A DNA stretch of 26,810 nt from contig JANOQV010000174.1 in assembly GCA_031414955.1 (NCBI GenBank), positions 1 to 26,810 of the forward strand, in the 5' to 3' direction. Under the pieces are notes generated by a model. It was not told where the DNA came from. It saw only the letters and a list, made by a program, of their open reading frames with translations, and made no database searches. The stretch is from Pedosphaera sp. Lineage in GTDB: Bacteria; Verrucomicrobiota; Verrucomicrobiia; Limisphaerales; SIBH01. Both the position numbers and the translations under genes were made by a program. Below, piece by piece: positions 18,624 through 26,810 of this stretch. Within the stretch, counting starts at the first letter, position 1, and each line of letters opens with the position of its first letter.

Positions 18624-20300
18624 ATGAAAACGAGTTGTTCGGCATGGACGTGTCTGCTGTACTTACTGTTGCTGAGTGCAGCCGTCCTTCACCTGCCCGC
18701 TCAACAGACCGAAGCCGACCGCAAGCGGTTTGAGGAAATCAAAGCCAAGGCAGAAAAAGGCGATGCCCGGTCTCAGACTGATTTGGGGGAGGCGTTCTTT
18801 TTTGGAAAGTTTGGCGCAGTTAAGGACGATGTGGAGGCGGTGAAATGGTGGCGCAAAGCTGCCGCACAAAATCTTCCCCTAGCTCAGTTCAATCTGGGGG
18901 TCTGCTACGCCAAAGGCCAAGGGGTCGCGAAGGATGAAGTTGAGGCTGTGAAGTGGTATCACAAGGCTGCGGAACAAGGATACTCGGGGGCGCAATTGAA
19001 CTTGGGTATTTCCTACGATTTCGGCAAAGGCGTCGCGGAAGATCCACTGGAAGCTGTCAAGTGGTATCGCAAAGCCGCTGAGCAACGGGAAGCGGAGGCC
19101 CAGTACAACCTTGGCGTTTGCTACGCCAATGGCAATGGCGTGGCGAAGGATGAAGTCGAGGCCGTGAAGTGGTATCGCAATGCTGCTGAGCAGAATTTCG
19201 CTTGGGCTCAATTCAATCTGGGCAGCGGCTACGCCAATGGCAATGGCGTGGCGAAGGATGAAGTCGAAGCCGTGAAGTGGTATCGCAAAGCGGCGGAGCA
19301 GAACAGCGCCCCGGCTCAATTCACACTTGGAATCTGCTACGCCAAAGGCGATGGCGTGCTCAAGGATTTCTCGGAAGCTGTGAAGTGGTACCGCAAAGCT
19401 GCGGAACAAGGCCTCGCGGCGGCGCAATTCAATCTTGGAAATCATTACGATCGAGGCGACGGCGTAACCAAGGATTACGTGGAGGCTCACAAGTGGCTCA
19501 ATCTTGCGTCAGCTCAAGGCGCTGAGGATGCAAAGAAAAACTTGTCCATTATCGAGAAGCAAATGACGAGAGATCAAATTGCTGAAGCCCAGCGATTGGC
19601 GCGCGAATTCAAGCCGCGCAACGCAGCCGAACCCGGCCTTTCCGCCTCAGGCGACGGAATTCCCGATCCTCGTCAGTCCAGCAGCGGCACCGGTTTCTTC
19701 ATCACCGAGGATGGATTTCTGATCACGAACGAGCATGTGGTCAAGGGCGCCGCGCAAGTGCGGTTGGTCACGAGCGCGGGCCTCATCGCCGCCAAAGTGG
19801 TGAAGGTGGATGCGGCCAATGACCTCGCGTTGCTCAAGGCGGAGGGCCGGTTTGCGGCGTTGCCGGTGGTGGCGAGCCGCGGGATGCGGCTGGGGAGCAC
19901 GGTGGCCACGGTCGGTTTCCCCAACGTGGGCCTGCAAGGGTTCGCGCCCAAACTGGCCCGGGGCGAAATCGCCGCGCTCTCCGGCGCGCAGGATGACGCG
20001 CGGTATTTTCAAATCAGCGTGCCGGTGCAGCCGGGCAATTCGGGCGGGGCGCTGGTGGACGAGCGCGGGAACGTGGTGGGCGTGGTGTCGGCGAAGCTAA
20101 GCGCGCGGGCGGCGCTGGCCGCGAGCGGGGCCTTGCCGGAGAACGTGAATTACGCGGTGAAGAGCAGCTTCCTGCTCAGCTTCCTCGAATCTGTGCCGGA
20201 CGTGTCGGCGAAACTCAAGGAGGCGAACACCAAGGAGCGGAAGTTTGAGGATGTGGTGAAGTCGGCGGAGCAGGCGGCGGTGCTGGTGCTGGTTTATTGA
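18624..20300 (+). CDS. Secreted Sel1-like repeat protein with C-terminal trypsin-like (S1C) serine protease
   Basis: Signal peptide; 7 SLRs (AQ.NLG..Y..G.GV.KD..EAVKWY.KAAEQ); SGTGFFI, TNEHVV (His), NDLALL (Asp), PGNSGG (Ser). Confidence 0.92.
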   Translation: MKTSCSAWTCLLYLLLLSAAVLHLPAQQTEADRKRFEEIKAKAEKGDARSQTDLGEAFFFGKFGAVKDDVEAVKWWRKAAAQNLPLAQFNLGVCYAKGQGVAKDEVEAVKWYHKAAEQGYSGAQLNLGISYDFGKGVAEDPLEAVKWYRKAAEQREAEAQYNLGVCYANGNGVAKDEVEAVKWYRNAAEQNFAWAQFNLGSGYANGNGVAKDEVEAVKWYRKAAEQNSAPAQFTLGICYAKGDGVLKDFSEAVKWYRKAAEQGLAAAQFNLGNHYDRGDGVTKDYVEAHKWLNLASAQGAEDAKKNLSIIEKQMTRDQIAEAQRLAREFKPRNAAEPGLSASGDGIPDPRQSSSGTGFFITEDGFLITNEHVVKGAAQVRLVTSAGLIAAKVVKVDAANDLALLKAEGRFAALPVVASRGMRLGSTVATVGFPNVGLQGFAPKLARGEIAALSGAQDDARYFQISVPVQPGNSGGALVDERGNVVGVVSAKLSARAALAASGALPENVNYAVKSSFLLSFLESVPDVSAKLKEANTKERKFEDVVKSAEQAAVLVLVY

Positions 20301-20308
20301 GGGAGGGT

Positions 20309-20467
20309 TGAACCGCGAAATACGCGGAATACGCGAAAAAGGAAACGGCGGGATTTGCCACAGAGAACGCAGAGATCACAGAGAAAGAAATTCCGTCTTT
20401 GTGTTCTCTGCGTTCTTTGTGGCGAGGCAGGGTTCTTGTTCGCGTATTCCGCGTGGTTTGCGGTTCA
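20309..20467. repeat. Nested double palindrome built from 9-bp-period repeats
   Basis: Outer arms 20309-20337 / 20439-20467 (26/29 complementary, unit AATACGCGR). Inner arms 20357-20384 / 20396-20423 (25/28, unit CACAGAGAA-like). Lies between convergent genes. Confidence 0.85.
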
Positions 20468-20498
20468 CCACTTATGGCGGTGGTCTGCCGACGCGCCG

Positions 20499-21260
20499 CT
20501 ACGCGATCTCCACAAGCAGGATCGCCTCGGCATTTTCTCCATAAGGGCCGCGCACGATTTCGTGTCCATCGCGATCGATGACGAGCGAGTTGCCGATGCA
20601 CTGGCGTCCCTGCCACGGCCCGGCGGTAATCGGGCCGACATTGCTGGCGCCGGCGATGGTGACGCCGAATTCGCGCGCCACGGGGCCGTAGTTGTCGAGC
20701 CACAGTTGTCCGTACGGCTCGCGCACGTTGTCGTGATCGGCGGGCACGGCCCAGGCGCAAGGGGACAGGATTATCTTGGCTCCCATCAAAGCAAGGGTGC
20801 GACTGATGGATTGGCCCGGGGCGAATCCGTCGGCGCAAATCATCACGCCGATTTTTCCGAACGATGTGTCCGCCACCAAAAGCCGGTCGCCCCGCGCGTA
20901 GAGATCGTGCGCCAGTTCCAGTTCATGAATCTTCCGGTGATGGAGGATGACTTCGCCATCGGGATTGATGAGCACGGCAGCGTTGAAGAGCTTTTCGCCC
21001 GCCCGCTCGATGATGCCTGCACAGACAAACACGCCGCGAGCCTTGGCCGCGCGGCGCAGGCGGGCGCAGGACTCACCATTGGGAACGACATCGGCTTCGG
21101 TGCGGGCGGAGGGATGCGTCCAGCCGAGGGGCAACGCTTCGGGCAGCAGGATGATCTCCGCGCCGCGCGCCGCCGCTTCCGCGATGCGCGTCTCCGCCCG
21201 CGCCAGGTTCGATTCCTTGCGTCCAGGCTGCACGAGCATTTGCACCAGGGCGAGTTTCAC
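20499..21260 (-). CDS. Carbon-nitrogen hydrolase (nitrilase family)
   Basis: MKLALVQ start (GTG); catalytic triad LLPE, HRK, ICAD; FNAAVLI; GAKIIL.P.AW; GNSLVID..G. Confidence 0.9.
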   Translation of the reverse strand: MKLALVQMLVQPGRKESNLARAETRIAEAAARGAEIILLPEALPLGWTHPSARTEADVVPNGESCARLRRAAKARGVFVCAGIIERAGEKLFNAAVLINPDGEVILHHRKIHELELAHDLYARGDRLLVADTSFGKIGVMICADGFAPGQSISRTLALMGAKIILSPCAWAVPADHDNVREPYGQLWLDNYGPVAREFGVTIAGASNVGPITAGPWQGRQCIGNSLVIDRDGHEIVRGPYGENAEAILLVEIA

Positions 21261-21365
21261 GTTGTGTTCGCGTCAGCTTGACGGACTGGCGGCTCCAGAA
21301 AAGCCTCAATGTGGCTCGTCACTGAGTTGAAACCTCTGCCATGAATTCACGTCAATGCAGTTGCC

Positions 21366-22244
21366 ATGAACACCAACACACCGCTCCGGGATATTCTGTA
21401 CGCCGTCATCTTGCTCTGGGCGGCGGTGCTCACGGCGGCCGAGCCGAAGGAAATCCTGCTTTGGCCCAACGGCGCTCCAGGCTCGGAGGGGAAGACGAAC
21501 CAGGAAGTCCTCGTGGTGTCCGCCAGCGGCGAGCAAAGTGTTTCGAGCGTTCACCATCCGTCGCTCACGCCTTATCTGCCGGCGAAGGGCAAGGCGAACA
21601 GCACGGCTATGCTGGTCATTCCCGGCGGCGGCCATCGCAATCTCGCCATTACCCACGAGGGCTACAACGTCGCGCAATGGTTGAGCGAGCGCGGCCTCGC
21701 GGCCTTCGTGCTCAAGCACCGGCTCGCGCGTGAGACCAACTCGACTTACAAGATCGAAGTCGAGTCGCTGGCCGACACCACGCGCGCCATGCGGCTCATT
21801 CGCAGCCGCGCCGTGGAGTGGAACATTGATCCCGCGCGCGTCGGGGCCATCGGATTTTCCGCGGGCGGCGAACTGGTCAACCTGGTTTGTGCGCGCTTCG
21901 ATGAGGGCCAGGCCGACGCGAGCGATCCCATCGAGCGCCAGTCGTGTCGTCCCAACTTTCAGGCGCTGATTTACCCGGGCCGTTCCGGCGACATCCAGCC
22001 GACGAATGGATTCCCGCCCGTTTTCCTCGCGTGCTCTTACTCGGATCGAAAGGACATTTCGGAGGGCTTGGCGGAAGTCTATCTGCGCTTCAAGCGAGCC
22101 GGCGTGCCGGCGGAGTTGCACATCTATTCGACCGGCGGTCACGGCTTCGGCCTGCGGGCGAAGAACACCAGGCCGGTCGGCGCGTGGGCGGTGCGCCTGG
22201 AGGAGTGGATGGTGGACAGCGGCTGGGTGAAACCGGCCCACTGA
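21366..22244 (+). CDS. Exported alpha/beta hydrolase (xylan/feruloyl esterase-like)
   Basis: Signal peptide; LWP.GAPG, P.LT.YLP, IPGGG, HEG, GFSAGG nucleophile, RPNFQALIYP, ELHIY..GGHGFG. Confidence 0.88.
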   Translation: MNTNTPLRDILYAVILLWAAVLTAAEPKEILLWPNGAPGSEGKTNQEVLVVSASGEQSVSSVHHPSLTPYLPAKGKANSTAMLVIPGGGHRNLAITHEGYNVAQWLSERGLAAFVLKHRLARETNSTYKIEVESLADTTRAMRLIRSRAVEWNIDPARVGAIGFSAGGELVNLVCARFDEGQADASDPIERQSCRPNFQALIYPGRSGDIQPTNGFPPVFLACSYSDRKDISEGLAEVYLRFKRAGVPAELHIYSTGGHGFGLRAKNTRPVGAWAVRLEEWMVDSGWVKPAH

Positions 22245-22251
22245 GCAACGC

Positions 22252-24876
22252 ATGAACATCAAGACGCGAGTTCAAGATCCGGTGGGCCGGAGCGCCATAA
22301 TCCTTGCGGCGAGATGGGGTCCGGCCTGGGTTCGCGCCGCAAAGATTGCGGCGTTCCGTTTGTTCTTCCTGTCCCTCGCGGTGTGCTTCGTGGTGGGCCT
22401 GCTCGCGCTCCCGGCCTCCGGCGCAACTGACCGCGCCGTCTCGCGCTTCCGCAAAGACATCCAACCGCTGCTCAAGGAGTATTGCTCCGACTGTCACGCC
22501 GATGGCGCGAAGAAGGGCGGGGTGGCCTTCGACGAATTCAAGTCGGACGAGATCGTGATGAATCATGAGCTTTGGTTGAAGGTTTTGCGGAACACCCGCG
22601 CCGGTCTCATGCCGCCGGAGAAAAAGCCCCGGCCCTCGGCGAAGGAACAGGCGAAGCTGGAAGAGTGGATCAAGTACTCGGCCTTCGGACTGGACGCAAA
22701 GAATCCCGATCCCGGCCGCGTGACCGTGCGCAGGCTCAATCGTGTCGAGTATCGCAACACCATTCGCGACCTGATGGGATTCAATTTCAACGTCGAGGAG
22801 GAATTGCCGCCGGACGACACCGGCTACGGCTTCGACAACATCGGTGACGTGCTGAGCATCTCGCCGCTCTTGCTCGAGAAATATATGCAGGCGGCCGAGG
22901 TGATCACGGCGGGCGCGGTGCCGCGCGTGCCCCGGACCGTGGCGGAGACGGCGATTCCTGGATCGGAATTCCGCCGCGTGGGCGGGAAGGGAAGTGGCGA
23001 ACGGGTCAGTTTCTACGACGAGGCGAAGCTGGCGCGCACCTTCAAGGCGGAACAGGCCGGCAGCTATCGCCTCGTCCTGGAACTGGAAGTGCTCGGGCAG
23101 TTCGTCTTCGATCCCGGCAAGTCCCGCGTGGCCTTCAAATCCGACGACCAGGAATTGTGGCATGATGAATTCGGCTGGGAGCCGGGCAAGAAGTTCAAAT
23201 TCGAGATGACGAACCGATGGGAAGCCGGCGACCACCCGCTCTCCATCGAGATGAATCCGCTCACGCCCCTGGATCAGAAATCGAACTCGCTCGACCTGCG
23301 CGTCACGACGGTGCGGGTGCAGGGACCGATGGAGGAGAAGCACTGGGTTCGGCCGAAGAACTTTGAATTGTTCTTCACCAAGGATCCGCCGACGGACGGC
23401 GGCGAGCGGCGCCAATACGCGCAGGAAGTCCTGGGCCGTTTCGTGCAGCGTGCTTACCGGCGTCCGGCGGACGAGCAGATGGTCGCGCGCCTCGTGTCGA
23501 TTGCCGAGACTGCCTATTCGCAGCCGGGCAAACGCTTCGAGGACGGCATTGCCCAGGCGATGGTGCCGGTGCTGGCTTCGCCGAGGTTTCTGTTTCGGGT
23601 CGAGGATTCCGAGCCGGGCAGTTCCGCCAAAACTCAGTCCCTCGTGGATGAACACGCCCTGGCCTCGCGCCTTTCCTATTTCCTCTGGTCCACCATGCCG
23701 GACGAGGAATTGTTCCGGGTGGCCGAGCGCCGTCAGTTGCGCAAGAACCTCAGCGCCCAGGTGAAACGGATGCTGGCCGACCGGCGCTCGCAAGCTTTCA
23801 TCGACAACTTCACCGGCCAGTGGCTCCAGACCCGCGACGTGGACGGCATCGACATCAACGCGCGCGTGGTGCTGGCGCGGGACAGCGGCGAGGAGCGGAA
23901 TGACCAGAATCGCCGCCAGCGCCGCGAGGAACTCGACGCCATTCCCGACGAGCAGAAGACGCCTGAGCAGAAGGCCGAACGCGAGGCTCTGCGCGCCCAG
24001 TTTCGCAACCGCAACCGCCAGCCCCAGATCGAACTCGACCGCGACCTGCGCCGGGCCATGCGGGAGGAGACGGAGATGGCCTTCGGCTACGTCGTGCGCG
24101 AGAACCGCAGCGTGCTGGAGCTGATCGACGCCAATTACACCTTCCTCAACGAGAAGCTGGCCAAACATTACGCGCTCACCAATCTCGGCGTGACCGGCCC
24201 TGAGATGCGCCGCGTCTCGCTTCCGGCGGGCAGTCCGCGCGGAGGTGTCCTGACGCATGGCGCGGCGCTGGTCGTCACCTCGAACCCGACCCGCACCTCG
24301 CCGGTCAAGCGCGGCCTGTTCATTCTCGACAACTTCCTCGGGTTGCCCACGCCGCCGCCGCCGCCGGACATCGCCAACCTGGAAGCTTCCGAGAAGCCGG
24401 TCGAAGGCCGCCAGCCCACGCTGCGCGAAGTGCTCGCCATTCATCGCGAGCAGCCGCTCTGCGCCTCGTGCCACAACCGCATGGACCCGCTCGGCCTGGC
24501 GCTGGAAAACTTCAACGCCCTCGGCATGTGGCGCGAGACGGAGCGCAGGCAGCCCATCGACGCCTCGGGCCGGTTGATCACCGGCGAGAAGTTCAAGGAC
24601 ATGCGTGACGTGAAGCGCGCCCTGGTGGCGAACCATCGGCTCGATTTCTACCGTTGCCTGACCGACAAGCTGCTCACCTACGCGCTCGGTCGCGGCACCG
24701 AGTATTACGACGTGGAGACGGTGGATCGCATCGTGGCGAAACTGGACAAGGATGGGGGCCGTTTCTCCACGCTGCTCACGGGTGTCATCGAGTCCGCGCC
24801 TTTTCAAAAGCGGCGTCACGTTGCTTCAACTTCCAGCTCGGAGCCGGCTTCTGGGAGCAAAGAGCCAACCCGTTGA
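22252..24876 (+). CDS. PSCyt1 + DUF1587/DUF1595/DUF1592/DUF1588/DUF1585 multi-domain protein
   Basis: YCSDCH and CASCH heme motifs, MPP, RRLNRVEYRNTIRDL, GFDNIG, RAYRRP, LASRLSYFLWSTMPD, NFTGQWL, TSPVKRG, DPLGLALENF, KLLTYALGRG. The exact start is uncertain. Confidence 0.9.
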   Translation: MNIKTRVQDPVGRSAIILAARWGPAWVRAAKIAAFRLFFLSLAVCFVVGLLALPASGATDRAVSRFRKDIQPLLKEYCSDCHADGAKKGGVAFDEFKSDEIVMNHELWLKVLRNTRAGLMPPEKKPRPSAKEQAKLEEWIKYSAFGLDAKNPDPGRVTVRRLNRVEYRNTIRDLMGFNFNVEEELPPDDTGYGFDNIGDVLSISPLLLEKYMQAAEVITAGAVPRVPRTVAETAIPGSEFRRVGGKGSGERVSFYDEAKLARTFKAEQAGSYRLVLELEVLGQFVFDPGKSRVAFKSDDQELWHDEFGWEPGKKFKFEMTNRWEAGDHPLSIEMNPLTPLDQKSNSLDLRVTTVRVQGPMEEKHWVRPKNFELFFTKDPPTDGGERRQYAQEVLGRFVQRAYRRPADEQMVARLVSIAETAYSQPGKRFEDGIAQAMVPVLASPRFLFRVEDSEPGSSAKTQSLVDEHALASRLSYFLWSTMPDEELFRVAERRQLRKNLSAQVKRMLADRRSQAFIDNFTGQWLQTRDVDGIDINARVVLARDSGEERNDQNRRQRREELDAIPDEQKTPEQKAEREALRAQFRNRNRQPQIELDRDLRRAMREETEMAFGYVVRENRSVLELIDANYTFLNEKLAKHYALTNLGVTGPEMRRVSLPAGSPRGGVLTHGAALVVTSNPTRTSPVKRGLFILDNFLGLPTPPPPPDIANLEASEKPVEGRQPTLREVLAIHREQPLCASCHNRMDPLGLALENFNALGMWRETERRQPIDASGRLITGEKFKDMRDVKRALVANHRLDFYRCLTDKLLTYALGRGTEYYDVETVDRIVAKLDKDGGRFSTLLTGVIESAPFQKRRHVASTSSSEPASGSKEPTR

Positions 24877-25029
24877 AGCCCCCGATTCCTGGTTTCACTC
24901 CCCAGGTCGGAGGCATCTAATTTCTCCTGTCTAAAAGCAGATCATTACTCTCTGTCTCACGGTCTAAATCAGCCGGGATGAATCGGCGTTGTGAACTCAA
25001 TCGGCTCGTTCCTTTTCAACCTTGGCCTG

Positions 25030-25048
25030 ACCCGCGCGTGGCGCGGGT
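25030..25048. terminator. Possible hairpin between convergent genes
   Basis: ACCCGCGC-GTG-GCGCGGGT, 8-bp stem, no clear U-tract. Confidence 0.25.
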
Positions 25049-25129
25049 AATCCAGATTCAATTCCGCCGCCGGAAAAACTTGCGCAATCCGCGAACGCCG
25101 CCCGCGCCCGTTTGCGTCAGGAATGTGTC

Positions 25130-26590
<1,461 letters not shown>

Positions 26591-26740
26591 GTTGGTGGGG
26601 CGAACCGGGTTCAGGCCGCCGTGAGATTCGAGAGTAATGGCGTGCCACGCCGGAGAAACAGCGAAAAGAATTCATGGTGAGGAGTCTCATTTCGAGTGCA
26701 ACTCAAGCATGGCCTGACGACTTTGAGGCATCCGGCGCAG

Positions 26741-26810
26741 GTAGGGTGTCGCTGTCCTCAGCGCGCCGGGGTGAGGCGCGCGAAGTTCGCCGGGTTTGCG
26801 CCGTGCGTGG
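26741..26810. repeat. Second copy of the GTAG-type REP doublet (left arm plus spacer, truncated by the window end)
   Basis: GTAGGGTGTCGCTGTCCTCAGCGCGCCGGG is 29/30 identical to 1541-1570. It is followed by 40 nt that start with GTG and end with CGTGG, like the first copy's spacer. Confidence 0.85.

Noticed and set aside
18770..19520. 108-bp periodic repeats as a possible CRISPR array or DGR template/variable repeat
   Set aside because: They are in-frame Sel1 protein repeats. There are no unique spacers, cas genes or reverse transcriptase in the window.
26633..26647. TGGCACG (-24 box) upstream of the NtrC-like gene on the minus strand
   Set aside because: There is no TTGC at the -12 position (the sequence reads TGGCACGCCATTACT).

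Overview
A GC-rich bacterial chromosomal segment. The gene content (DUF1501, PSCyt1/DUF1549/DUF1553, DUF1592-type PSD proteins, TIGR03790 family) points to the PVC superphylum, probably Verrucomicrobiota. It carries mostly housekeeping and envelope genes: ROK kinase, a secreted CBM-like protein, recN, a PhnP-like MBL hydrolase, TIGR03790-TPR, DsbD, ribokinase, a PqaA-like hydrolase, a nitrilase-family hydrolase, an alpha/beta esterase and an NtrC-type regulator. Two small accessory patches interrupt them. The first is a tandem pair of paralogous exported proteins next to a decayed IS1182-like transposase fragment (about 10.9-12.1 kb). The second is a low-GC insert (about 17.8-19.7 kb) behind a truncated TIM-barrel pseudogene. 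It encodes a candidate HEPN-like protein and a Sel1-repeat/trypsin-protease gene whose two halves differ sharply in GC. Several families of short palindromic or tandem repeats are present: GTAG-type REP doublets, 7-mer arrays (one inside a coding sequence) and a nested 9-mer double palindrome. Both window ends fall inside repeats. No rRNA, tRNA or CRISPR array was seen. All product calls come from motif recognition by eye, without database searches.
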